Source: Lingula anatina
Taxonomy: Eukaryota > Animalia > Brachiopoda
Assembly (NCBI GenBank): GCA_051362555.1
Contig: CM120640.1
Coordinates: 64,334,788-64,398,787, forward strand
Reading direction: 5' to 3'
DNA length: 64,000 nucleotides
Under the pieces are notes generated by a model. That model searched no databases and was not told the DNA's origin. It saw only the letters and a list, made by a program, of their open reading frames with translations. Shown in pieces: positions 36,599 through 50,222 of the stretch (position 1 is its first letter; each line of letters opens with the position of its first letter). A program made the translations under genes and the position numbers.

Positions 36599-39500
36599 AA
36601 AAATTCAACAAGTATTCACATCTCCTCCATAATACCAGTGACCGAATCAGGAAATAGTATATCAGCTTGCCACTAGGTAAACTACAGCAGTGAACCTGAG
36701 TATATTGGGATCAGGCAAACAACAAAAACAGCAGAAGGATAAATTTTAGCACAGTGCAATGCCTCAATGAGGCAACATCAAGCTGCCATTTTGACTCCTC
36801 ATTTCAATTTATATTTTTATAGTTTTCATTAACAAGGCAGCAAAGCTGTCAAATGTACAGACAAAAAGCAGAAAATAACAATGCACAAAATAGGCTACTG
36901 TCAATTCTGATGCAAAAGTGCATTATGCGTACCTGCAAATTCAACATCATATTTTAATTATGTTCAACAGGTAATACCAATGTAACAAGCATAAGGCTTC
37001 AGGCCCATGGGAGTTTGAAAATGCCAGAATGAGAAAAATGAAAATTTCACACAAAATTGCAGAAATTCAATAATAAATGATAACCCAATTGAGCTGGCTT
37101 TCTAATTTAAACTGCATGCCAATCCTAAAATCATACTTGTAAGTTAATAATAAGTAACAGTTTTCTTTTCATAATGTTTGTAGTAGCAGTGCAAAAAGAT
37201 TTTTGTCAATTTTGATGTAACAGTACATAATAAATTACAGAATAACTAGAGGATCAGAGAGGCGATACCGCCTCCAAATATTGTACCACAAGCTGGAGTA
37301 AGCACATTTGTATGGACCCCCCACCCCCCCCAAAAAAGGGACACCACTACCATTCCTGTGATTGACAAGCAGTAAAAATGTAATCAACAAGAATTCTCAA
37401 AATATGCAAAAAAAAAAAAAAAAAAAAAAAACGGTACAATCAAAGTTCAGATCATCATAAAAAGTAGGTCAAAGGTCAATTTCAAGGTCACAGTAAATTG
37501 CCAGTATATGACTTCCTATTCAAGTTCAATAGAAACTATGGACCTATCTCTCCCAGTTTTGGAGATAAAAGGGAACCCAAATTTGCAAAGTTCAATTCAT
37601 GATGAAAAGTAGGTCAAAGGTCAATTTCAAGGTCACATTTAGATTGCCAGTATATGACTTCCTATTCAAGTACAATAGTAACCACAGACCTATCTCTGCC
37701 AGTTTTGGAGATATAAGGGACTAAATGTTATAATTTTGGAGTTACAATAATATGCCATAAATTTCCTACAGAAAAAATTAATTAAAATAAAGAAAAGGTC
37801 ATTTTGGTCAAATTTCTTGAAATGGGAGGTGCTCTGTAGTTCCAGATGTTCAAATTTGATGAAATAATGTCATTTTTGACCACAAGTTGTCTGCCTCGCC
37901 AATCCTTATGTTTTATTTTACTGAGGTTCAAAATTTATTATCCATTACCGTACTGCACATTTTGCTTTCACCACCAATATGTACTTTTTGATACAGCGTA
38001 ACTCGAAAACCGTATGGAATACAAAACAAGGCAGCAAAGCTGTCAAATGTACAGACAAAAAACAGAAAAAAAAAATGCAAAATAGGTCATTTTGTCAATT
38101 TTGATGCAATAATAAATGCTTATAATAGCACAGTCAGTCAACACTGATTTTTAATCATGCAAAAGAGGTAACATGGTCAATAACAGGAGCAGATCCAGAG
38201 GTATTTTCTGACAGTATACCAAAGTATCTTTGTTGATCTATCCTCCATTTTGATGGTCTTCCAACAGAAACCCGTTAATATAAACTTTAAAATCTGACTG
38301 ACTTCCAGGAGACCCAGAAGATGGTCTCAATCCACCCCTTCAATAAGATTACAGTTTCAGGACCATGAGAGTTAAAATTCACATGATGAAAGTCTCAATA
38401 TATGAAAAATGATGACAGTGCATAAAATAATATTACAGCGTGTTTAAAGACATAAATACCAATACAACTGCTTATGTGGAAATACTGAAAATGTTAGAGC
38501 CTCAGGTGAATGGGAGTTAAAAATCACATCTTAAAAATGCCAGTGTTGGAGAAAAAATTAAAAAGAAAACAACAAAAATATAATTCCAATGAAGCTGCTA
38601 TCCATGCTTCCTTATTATGGACACTATGTTATCTAGCAGAGAGCTTAACCTTTGGAAGTTTACAGGGAAATATCAACAAGTGTGCTTTATTAAATCTCAT
38701 TTAATGGCCCCTTAATTAGGCAAATGAGTTTATAGCACTGAAATTAGCCCAGTGAATACCCAAGGGGAATTTACGGACTGACCACACAAATTTGACTATC
38801 AAAGGTCTTCAGGCTCATAAGTCACACCTTAAGAAAAGCAGAAAACCATAATGCACAAATACAGGAGACTGCCAATTCTGATGCAATAATACATTATGTT
38901 TAACTGCACAGTCAACATCAAATTTTAATTATGCACAACAGGTAACACTGATGAAAGTAAAAGCATAAGGCTTCAGGCCCATCAGAATTCAAGTTTATAC
39001 TTAGAAAGTGCCAGAATGAGAAAAATGAAAATTTCACAAAAAAATGCATAAATTTAATAAAAATGATAATCCAATAGAGCTGGTTTTCTAATATGAGCTG
39101 TATGTGAAGCTGTATTTTAGACCCATGTTTCTTTCCTGTAAGTTTGAGAACAGTAATTGACATGATTTTTGCTAAATGGTCATCATGAGAACAGTGCCCA
39201 AAATAGGGGTTTCTTCAAATTTTGATGCAATATTACATAATGTTTAACAGCATAATGACCATCAATTTTTAATAATGGAATATTAGTCACATGAACATTC
39301 AGAAAACGTGACTAGCAAAGGTCTGCAGGCTCATGGAACTTCAAAGTCACACCTTGAAAATGCCAATATGTGAAAAATTAAATTTTCACAAAAAACTGTT
39401 TAACTGCCAGAAAAAATTACCAAACAGACTGCATTGCCTACTGAAGCTGTATTTTAGCCCCATGTTTCTTTCCTGTAAGTTTGAAAACAGTAAGTGACAT

Positions 39501-40396
39501 GGTTTTTCTGAAATGGTCATCATGGGAGCAGCACCCAAAATAGGGGTTTCTTCAAATTTTGATGCAATAATACATAATGTTTAACAGCATAATGACCATC
39601 AATTTTTAATAATAGAATATTAGTAACATGAACATTCAGAAAAAGTGACTATAAAAGGTCTGCAGGCTCGTGGAACTTCAAAGTCACACCTTGAAAATGC
39701 CAATATGTGAAAAATTAAATTTTCACAAAAAACTGTTTAACTGCCAGAAAAAAATTACCAAACAGACTGCATTGCCTACTGAAGCTGTATTTTAGACCCA
39801 TGTTTCTTTCCTGTAAGTTTGAGAACAGTAAGTGACATGATTTTCCTTAAATGGTCATCATGGGAGCAGTGCCCAAAATAGGGGTTTCTTCAAATTTTGA
39901 TGCAATATTACATAATGCTTAACAGCATAACGACCATCAATTTTTAATCATAAAATATAAGTATCATGGATATTCAGAAAATGTGACAAGCAAAGGTCTG
40001 CAGGCTCATGGAACTTCAAAGTCACATCTCAAAAATGCCAAAATGTAAACAAGACAGCACTGTTCTGAAATTGTTTTTCCATTTTTAACAATTTTTTAAC
40101 ATAAAACAAAATTAACAGTTTACTGCCATTTTTATATAACCAACTAAGAAAATTGATGAGAAGGGAAAAATATCAATACAACAGTGTTAAATGTCCAATT
40201 TCCTCCATTCTGAGATTCTGAACATAGTGAAAGATTGAATCTGACAAACTGTAATATTACGAGTTTATTTCCATTTTAGAAACTCTATTACACAATACAC
40301 GATAACAAGTTTACCATCATTTTTACATAATCAACTAACAATGTTGTAAAGATGCAGGAAATGTCAAACAAACACTTTTATGTATCTTCTTAGTTA

Positions 40397-40478
40397 AACT
40401 AGAGGATCTGAGAGGCGATATCGCCTCTGGATATTGTACCACCAGCTGGAGTAAGCGCATTCGTATGTACCCCCCCCC

Positions 40479-40527
<49 letters not shown>

Positions 40528-43500
40528 GACACCACCACCAGTCTTGTGCTTGACAAGCTCTATAAAATGCAATAAACAAGAGTTCTCAAAATATGCAAAA
40601 AAAAAAAAAAAATCGATAAAAACATAACAGTTACGGTAAAGTGCCATGAATTTCGAACGGCTCTTGAATTTCGAACGATCTTAAAATCGGCCGTCTGGAG
40701 TTTTTTCTGGACCATGAATTTCGGCCAGTAAGCAATTTTGCGCGATCTTCATTTCATGAATTTCGTACACCTTAAAATCGGCCACCGGGCTATTCTCGCA
40801 CTTATAAAGATCTAACAGTCGGCAATGTTGCCCTAGCGTACCTTTACCTGAGTACTACATGTGCGGCCCAAGGTGCAAGATAACGATCGGTACAGTTAGT
40901 TTAGGACGCTAAACAACATCGTCATATCCATTCATTCAGATAACAGGAGAATCTATTAAGAGTTGTACTGTCGGGCTGTTGTTTCTTTACCGCAGTATTC
41001 GGTGTGAGATAGTGATCAGTAGTTTTGCTGAGGCGCACAATAGCATTGTTAACAGTAGAGACTTCAGTAACAGAACAAAAGAGCAATATTAAGAGCTGCA
41101 ATAAAGATTACCATTATTGCTTTCTTGTCTCGCTCAGATCATTCACGATCTCCCGCTGACGATCTTCCGCTAATGAAGTCCCTTGAAATGTACAAATAAA
41201 ATGAAAAATACTTTTAAAAATTATAAATTCCAATGGGCAGGGATGGAGGGTTAAAAACAATCGAGAACGATCTCCGGCTGACGATCTTCCGCAATCGAAA
41301 GCCACTGAACGAGTACGAGCTTTCTCGTTTCACTCGGATTGCGATGCTGACAATACGAAAATTGCTTTCTCGTCTCGCCCTTTGGCTTACGAAGTCTCTT
41401 TAACAAATATGAAAATTGCCTCCTGGTCTCTCTCAGATTGCGAACGATCTCTCGCTGAAAATTTGAAATTTTCCTTTTTGTCAATCAGCTTTGTCAGTTG
41501 CCGTGCGTATGAAGGTCCGGAAGGTGTCCCCTTTCACAAATTGGCCTGTAGTTTGCTTAGTGTGCTGTACCGCATGAAGGTCACTCTTGTCACTGCTGCA
41601 TACGGCGTGGAATGTGTATCTTAAAGTTCATAGAAACATTTTGTGTTTTGTAAGCTTTAGGAAGTAGTTTCGTCGTGACTGAATATCAGCGTACACTACA
41701 AAGTAGTACCATTCATCTGTGACGCATCATAAAAGCTAGGTACGTCAAATTACTCTAAGAAAATTTCTTTCAACGTCCACGGCTGTCCCGACAAGCAAAG
41801 ACGTCATTAAAAAAAAGTCGTAAGCCGTCTAGCCGTTTTTGAAAATATAGGCCGTCCGGTGATGACAGCGGCCGTCCAAATGGCGGCTGGACGGTTCGCT
41901 GGGAAAAGCCTTGCTCATAAGGGTATATTTATTTAACTAGGGGCTTACTGACATCACCCAGCTTACATGCGGGTGCATGCCTCCCAAAATTATATTAAAG
42001 GATAAAATTGTAATATATCTAAGTTTAATTGTTTGTAAATTTTGTAAAAATTGCCCATGCCACACCGTTAGTTTGGAGGGTTAAGCTGGATCAAGTCCGT
42101 GTCAAAATTCTTTGAAGCTTTGCAGGAAAAATCAATCTTCCTTTGTTTCTCTGGCTCCTTGTTTAGCCCGATGATCAGATTTATCTAGTGCCCCCAGGTC
42201 TGCTGGAGAAGCTCTTTGAAAATAACACACAGGTAGATTTTTATCTGAGATAAATATCTCGTTCGATACACTCAAGACAAAAGCTACCTGTGAGCTGAAG
42301 GGCACTTTACCCTTGACATTAGAGGTAAAGCAAGTTCCAGCTAGATGGACGATTAAGATCGGACTTCAGATGGTAACTAGTATTGTTTACCTCAGTTCTG
42401 TGAAAGCAAACGAGAAGGGTGTCAGAACAATGGTGCATACATAAATTATACAGAGAATTTGTACATTCAGGTGACGTTAACTTATAATCGAAGGGGATTT
42501 TCGATAATTATAATATTCCTTGAAAAGTACACTAGATTTATAGAGAATAATATCATGGTTGGCCAAAAAATTATATATGCACAGTGTCCGTGCGTATGCC
42601 TGGTTACGCCCCAGTCGCAAACCAGCAAACCATATCCTGCTGACTACATGAAAATTGCCTTCTAGCATGGACAAAAAGTCCAAGCTTCTATGCTTGCTCG
42701 GATCGCTGACGATCTCTTGCTGACGAATATAGTAACGAAGTCCCTTGAACTAGTGTGGAAATTGGCTTATTGTCGCGCTCAGATCGCTCACTATCTCCCA
42801 TTGATGATCTTCCAGTCCCTTGAAAGAATATAAAAACTGCCTTTTCGGTTTACTCTAGATTATATATCTCTCGCGTTTGTTTGAAGATGGTTTCAATGAC
42901 AAAATGTACACGCTTTTCAAATGCGTACATTTGCGCAACTATGCGCCAGGAAATCAGTTGCTGCTGCTGGTCAAGATTGGGTTGCCTGAGCGAAAAAAAA
43001 AAAAAAAAAAACGGCCCTGCACCCCCCCCCCCCAAACCTAGTATATTTGATCGCAGACAACAATCAGTGGTCATCTTGGTCGCAGCGCACGACGGAGAGA
43101 GACCATAATACACAGTTTGGCTGCCGTGGCGAAGGCTACCTGTGCGCCGCACATACTGATCTGCGGTCGTAGTGGCCTCCCCGCACAGAGGAGAGGCCGT
43201 AGTGCCGGGGCCGGCTTCTGCAGGGAAGGCTACGTATGCGTCGGAGACACCGACCCACGAACGGCGAGATGAGGACATATTCGCGCGTAAAGCTCCGCCC
43301 GACTTTAACGGTAAAGGCAACGAACCTGGTCGTGGAAGACACTTATCGCAGATGAAGGCTACATGCACGTGCGCCATAGACACTGATCGGCTGTCGTCTC
43401 GGTTTCAGTGCACGGAAAGGAGCACGGTAACACTAAGCTTCCATAGTAAAGGTAATCTGGCCATGGCAGACGCTAATCGTCGGCCGTCTCTCCCTCCGTC

Positions 43501-46367
43501 CACTCCCGTTCTGAGCGCCAGGATCGTTTTTGAAAAACAACACTAGTTTCTGGCTGCCAGAATCGCTTTTGAAAAACGACACTACTGATAACGATGCTTT
43601 TTTGCGGCCCTAGACAACAGTACCGCTCTATCTATGGGCCATACACAGTGATCGGGTGCAATCGCAATTACCGACACTCACACATCATACATTATGGTAA
43701 CTCTAAATAGATCGTCGGGAGAAGATAACAGAAAGCCTAGCGACGAACAGACAACTTCCGGTCAAAATTGACAGAATTCCATGAAATTCGAACTTTCGGA
43801 AGTTCTGAGCACCTCCATTTCATGAATTTCGGCCAGAACGATCTTTTCCCAAATTTAATTATTTTCTACTGTTCGCAATTCATGGCACATTACTGTAAAA
43901 TGGTCCAATCAAGGAGATGTTCAAATTGACCTGTATTTTCCTAACACTACCCTGCGTGTCTGAGCAACGTAAAAGATAGCTTCTTAAATATACCTCATGA
44001 TGGAGTCGCTTTAACTAGCTCTGACGAACAGCGACAATCTGAGGGCGTTCTTCTTCAAAATTTTGCCTGGGGCGCTTCCATATTTGGAAGTCACACGTCA
44101 CAGCTGTGTCCGCCTGGATCCATATTTGGAAGTCATAAGTCTCGTACGTCACAGGTTTAGCCGCCTGGAGCTGCCTTTCCCGCCTTGCGCTGAAGTTATC
44201 TCATGCAGACGAGACAATAAGCATTTTTAGTGCCTGACGCAGACTTACAAGTTTGAATTGAAAATATTATGCAGTCAAAGGTCAGTGCCACAATACAAGC
44301 AACATTCTGCTTTAAAAACTGATTTTGGTGTAGCCATTGCGCAGCCCTTACAGTGGTATCGGGCATACAGTGTAGCTGTCAAATTTGGCACATGGCAAGC
44401 ACGTGTATTGTGCACGTGTATATCTCAGGACTAAATATTCTTTGATAAGCAAAAAATACAAAACATTGGATATATCTTTTCTTTTGAAGAATATTATTTA
44501 GATTTTCATTTTTCATCTTAAATACAGTAAATAAAAGTTTAAAAAGCAGAATTAAATCTGTTTTACGTTTCATTTTGGTCTGATGACATTCAACTGCAAA
44601 TTCACTTTCGAGCAGTTCTATTTGATTGACGGAAGGGTAACATGGCTGCCGTTCACTAGAGCCGGTATTGTTGATATGGGTTATATATGAAATCAAGATC
44701 GAGCTGGCAAAACCGGAATCTAGAACCTACGGTATCTAACACTGATCACTCCTGTGATTTTCTAGACAATAGGCCTATTGGTTTTCCTTGAAATGCATTA
44801 TCAGGATTGCATATACCGGTATGCTGACAAAAGAGAAAACCTAGGGACAACACTGGGCATATCTCTGCTAGTTTTGAAGATATGAAGGGCAAGAAAATAT
44901 GCAGAGTTCAGTTTGTGGTAAAAAAGTAGGTCAAAGGTCAATTTCAAGGTCACAGTATATGACTTCCTATATAAGTTCAATAGTAGCTATGGGCATTTCT
45001 TTGCCAATGTTGGAGATATGAAGACCAGGAAACATGCAAAGTGCAGTTCATCATACATGGTAGGTCAAAGGTAAATTTCAAGGTCACAGTAAGATTGCCA
45101 ATATATGACTTCCTATTCAAGTTCAATAGTAACTTTGGACCTATCTCTGCCAGTTTTCGAGATATAAGGGATAGAAAATTTGCAAAGTTCAGTTCATGTT
45201 GAAAAGTAGGTCAAAGGTCAATTTCAAGGTCACAATAAGAATGCCAGTATATGACTTCCTTTTCAAGTTTAACAGTAACTATTGGTGTATCTCTGCCAGT
45301 TTTGGAGATATAAGGGCTGGAAAATTTGCAAAGTTCAGTTCATGATGAAAAGTAGGGCAAAGGTCAATTTAAATGTCACAGTTAGATTACTTGTATATAA
45401 CTTCCTTTTCAAGTTCAATAGTAACTGTGGGCGTATCTTTGCCAGTTTTGGAGATATAAAGATCAGAAAACTTCAAAGTGCAGTTCATCATGAAAAGAAG
45501 GTCAAAGGTCAATTTCAAAGTCACAGTTAGATTACCAGTATATGACTACCTATTCAAGTTCAATAGTAACTATGGGCATATCTCTGCTAATTTTGGAATA
45601 TTTAACATTTTCCCCACTAAATATTGCAATGTTGTAATTTTTGATATATAGCGCAATGCCTAAACCATATCGAAAGCAAAAAAATGGATACCACCTCCAG
45701 TATTGCACTTGATAAGTTCTACAAAATGCGATGAACAAAAGGTTTCTGGCATTTACCATTCCAGAATAAAAGCAAGTTTTCAGTTTCGGTATCTAATGGC
45801 TGCTTCTCCCGTAAAAATGCACCGATTGACCCCAAACTCCCAAAGATGAAAGGAGTCCCCAATTGTAACCCCTCACTATAACAGGAGAGCTTAGATCTGT
45901 GTAGTTTCCAAAAAATAGCACAAACTAATACTTTTTTACAGAAAATTCCCATTTTTAGAAAGTTTTGGCTTGTTTGACCTTGAAAAAAGGTCAAAAGTCA
46001 AATCCAAGGGCATATTTGGAATCTCCACATATGACTTTCGGTCAGACTTCTGTAGTAATTTTTCCCATAATTCCTTTGGTTTGGGAGATATTTAGCCTTG
46101 AATTTTCAAAAATTTTGACAAGGGTGCATTTCAACAAGTGTCACGCCCAGGCCAATGCACCGACAGAGACAAAAAAAACCAGGTTGTTCAAGTTGAGATT
46201 ATATGTGACCTAAATCCAAGAGATGGGGACACAGGTGCTGGCGGTCTAGGAGGAGAAGCGGTAACGGTGACTTGTTTCCGGCCCCCCGACTGCGGAGCCG
46301 GCGGAGCTGTACGAGACGGGTTGGGACTAAAACCATGAGTACCGCCAGCATGTACACTGGTGGTACT
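40397..46367 (-). mobile_element. HINE family B copy inserted in A
   Basis: aactagaggatc start, ...ctggtggtact end; the host ttagttaa|ataatgagactg rejoins across it. Confidence 0.85.
40634..43895. mobile_element. Non-autonomous Tc1/mariner(pogo)-type DNA transposon, 3.26 kb, TA TSD
   Basis: ta|CGGTAAAGTGCCATGAATTTCGAAC...GTTCGCAATTCATGGCACATTACTG|ta; CATGAATTTCG subterminal repeats at both ends; no transposase ORF seen. Confidence 0.8.
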
Positions 46368-46878
46368 AATAATGAGACTGTTAACATGCCTAAGAATTGA
46401 ATCTGAGGAAATGTGAAATGCAGATTTTTGAACTTGACCTGCGTTTTAGTAAGATTGATTACTCCTGTGAGTTTCATGACAACAGCCTTCGGTTTTCCTT
46501 GAAATGTGTTTACAGTGTTGTATATATGCTGAAAAGTGAAAAAACAGCATAACTTCTACAATAATCGCCCGATCATGCTGATTTTTGAACTTGACCTGCG
46601 TTTTATGAATATTCATCAGCACTGTAAATATAAAGCCAAAAAGTAAAACTGTCTCCCACTTATCGTGTTTATGCTGAAAGTGCAAGGCGACGACGGCGAC
46701 GACAGACGCAGGTGATGGCAATATGTACAGACACATCTGTGTCTGTACATAAAAAGGAATACGAAGCCTACAAGGATTGTCATTTTTAATTCAAGCTCTG
46801 ACATTACAATCTAAAACATTTAATTTAAAAGGCAACCCATATTGAGGAATACTTCTGTCATATCAAGAAGAAACTCAC

Positions 46879-47192
46879 TTTAAAGGAAACTTGGGCTCAT
46901 CCTCGCCCTGTAGGACATCAAGATTATCCATCCGTCCAGGAACAAGGTATCCCCATCCCAGATTATCATCAAAATGGACAGGAAAGCCTTTCCATGTCAT
47001 ACGCATCAATTTTGGCGTGTCATTCTTCCGCATGGTGATAAGTGTTGGACCATAGGACCAAGGTACTTCACCTAATTTCGGACAAAACTTCTTGAACCAC
47101 AATGGGTAGCCAGGCATGTGTGCAGAGACTTTGTACAACAGATTTTTTGTAGACAGAACCTTACTAACTATGTCAACTGTTGTCTCCTCTGT
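46879..47192 (-). CDS. POLG: POLG exon (spacer domain)
   Basis: ttttttcag|...|gtgagt, 314 nt, phase 0-2. HMPGYPLWFKKFCP...TPKLMRMTWKGFPVHFDDNLGWGYLVPGR matches the POLG spacer. Confidence 0.96.
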
Positions 47193-47449
47193 CTGAAAAA
47201 AGGTAAATGTATAGAGTGATGTTTACAGCACAAAGAAAATGCATTCCATAAATTTCATATAAAAAATGTATTACTGTAAAATAATTGATCTTTCTTCAAG
47301 TTTTTACTTACCTCATGTTCTCAATTCTTCTTCCACATTTATATGTTTTTCATTTAAAATAATGAGCAGTAAGTTCATCATATACAGAAATCAAGGCAGC
47401 AAAGCTGTCAAATGTACAGACAAAAACCAGAAAATAAAAATGCAATGGA

Positions 47450-49492
47450 TTGAAGTCGAATGCTACTGCATCAGATGCCATAGAACTTCTACGCCGATCC
47501 AGACAGCTCTATGATAAGCTAGGCATTCGTCTTGGCATCTTGAACTCTATTGCAGTCATCCAATCAGTTCCACTTGGTGATCGAGCCCACGACTGTGATG
47601 TCATTGACATGAATGCAGACAAGTACTTACCCGAGAGAGCCCTTGGTGTTCAATGGTGTGTTGACCAGCTTCAGTTCCGAATACTACTCAAGGATAGGCT
47701 ATTTACTCAACGTGGCGTATTGTCTATGATCAGCTCGATCTTTGACCCGCTTGGATTTGTCGCTCCAGTTGTCATGGTCGGCAAGCGCATTCTACAGAAC
47801 TCTGTGCTGAGAATTTGGACTGGGACAACCCCATACCCGACAACCTTCGATCAGGGTGGAAGCAATAGAGGCTTCGTCTTAGCTCATTGGAATATATTGG
47901 TTTGAAACGCTGTTACAAGCCGCATGAATTTGGTTCAGTGTCGATTGCTGAAATGAACCATTTCTGTGACCCCAGCGCAGGAGGCTACGGACAGTGTTCG
48001 TATGTATGGCTCGTGAACGAAAAAGGACAAATACACTGTTGTTTACTCATGGGTAAAAGCAGGGTAGCACAGCTTAAGGCCGTTTCCATTCCGAGACTTG
48101 AGCTGACAGCATCCACCGTATCTGTGTAAGTAGCGTCTCTCCTATGCTCTGAGCTGGAATTTGAGAACCTGACTGAATACTTCGGACAGATAGTCGGATA
48201 GTACTCGGGTACATCAATAACGAGGCACGCCGATTCCACACTTACGTAGCCAACAGAGTACAAGTGATTAGGGACTTCACCGAGCCAAACCAGTGGTCGT
48301 ACGTTTCATCAGAGACCAACCCAGCTGATGTTGCCTCGTGAGGTTTATCTGCCATCGATCTAGCTAATCATGAGCATTGGTTTCACGGGCCTTCATTTTT
48401 ATGGGAAACTACCATGGCTTCTACGGAACAAAATGATTTTTCTCTTCTCCAAGAAGACACAGAAGTGAGGCAAGCAGTAACAACGTTGTCTACGTCATCC
48501 CACTTGTCAATTCTGGATCGACTTGAACGTTTTTCTGCCTACGCTATCGCCAAATTTTGCGTCCAAAGGGTCAGAAGGCACACTCGCCGATCACTGTTGA
48601 CGTTATAAAAGGAGCACATATGAAATTTTCAAACACGTGCAGGCCGAGGCATTCCCGAATGGGGATAAGGAACAGTCTCTGAGAAAGCTCAACCCTTTCT
48701 TTGATAAGGAAGGACTTCTGAGGGTTGGAGGACGAATACGCATGTCACCCTATGCTGCTTAAGACATTCGTCGTCCTATTATATTACCCAAATCTCATCA
48801 TATTACATCACCATGTTTACAGCATGCGCACCGATCATGCGGTGATCAAGGCAGAGGAATGACAGTTAACTACCTCAGGTCAACTGGTATATGGATCATT
48901 TCAGCTAGCTCAGCCGCGTCGAAACTGATATCCAACTGCGTTGCATGTAAAAAGACAAGAGGTTCAGTGGGAGAGCAGAGGACAGCAAATTTACCTGCAG
49001 ATCGCCTGACAGAAAGCCCTCCGTTCACATATGTCGGCGTTGACCGTTTTGGTCCATTCACCGTGAAGGAAGGATTAAAGGAGGTCAAACGTTATGGTGT
49101 GCTGTTCACATGTCTTGTATCACGGGCAATTCACATTGAGGTGGCAACCGCGCTGACAACAGACTCCTTCATAAACGCATTGCAATCAGTTTTGGTTTAG
49201 ATGGCGCAAAGAGTATTTGCAAATCTTACAAGTGAGACAAAAATGGTTAAGGCCTAGACGAAATTTCTGTGTTGGAGATATTGTTTTGATTAAAGATGAG
49301 AATTTACCAAGAAATTTTTGGTCATTAGCAAGAGTTGAATGTGTTTATCCCAGTGATGATGAGCATGTCAGAAAAGAAAAGGTAGCAATGAGTACTCATG
49401 CATTAGATTCTGCTGGTCGAAGGTTAGATCCAGTTGTGTTTTTGGAAAGGCCAATTCAGAAGTTGGTACTTTTAGTACCTGATAATAATTAA
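47450..49492 (+). pseudogene. pol: BEL/Pao pol pseudogene (RNase H/peptidase A17 region, integrase, DUF5641-like C-terminus)
   Basis: RGVLSMISSIFDPLGFVAPV, MGKSRVAQLKAVSIPRLEL, PPFTYVGVDRFGPF, FTCLVSRAIHIE, VGDIVLIKDENLPRNFWSLARV, ERPIQKLVLL; frameshifts, stops and an internal deletion. Confidence 0.93.
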
Positions 49493-50222
49493 TGATTTAT
49501 TACAGGGTTTAATCCCTAACAGCCAATTGTTATCATAAACATATGACATTTTGCTGAATTCATAATTTAAAAGTTTGATGGTATAGTAGTTATGGAATTC
49601 AGTTGTTACAAAACATCATTTCATCATTTTATATGGATGTAATGCATGAATAAATTGTAATTGCTATATCTTAAGGACACACTGTACATACTTTATTGGT
49701 TATCTATACTTGTTGTTTGTTTTTTGTTAAAGTATGTATCTTTATTCATATAATCATTTAGAACTTTTCAGATAATAGTTCAGTAAACAGTTGTGGCGTC
49801 TTCTCTAGAAAATAATGTAGGAGCACATGATTAAAGGGTAAATGCTTGATTAAAGAATGAAGAAGTTGTAAAGAATTTATAATGTTATTTATATGGTATC
49901 CTAACGGTCAAAGGTCATTTAATGTTATTGTATGTCAATGATATCATACAGTATATGGTTTATTAATTATATTTATGGTTTATCTACTTTATAAACAGTT
50001 TATTAATTATATTTATGGTTCATTATTACTTATATACGGTTACAAATACGGTTAACGGTAATGTTATCTATGGTATATAAGATCATAGGTGATAAGTAAA
50101 TGGAATCCATGATGTAAGGTAATTAGTGCTTGTCAATTCAATTTGTGATTTAAAACGCCACAAATATAATGTATGTTTAAGTAATATTAATATAAAAAAA
50201 TTAGTTATTTTTTGGGGAGCCA

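Larger units (their letters stand above)
36831..46753 (-). mobile_element. Composite HINE: A 3' part (36831-37243) + B 3' part (37244-38024) + complete A (38025-40396, 46368-46753)
   Basis: Three consecutive 3' termini but a single A 5' terminus at 46750, followed directly by unique intron sequence. Confidence 0.8.

Noticed and set aside
40335-40647. Poly-Phe ORFs
   Set aside because: Translation of a ~43-nt poly-A tract within HINE B.
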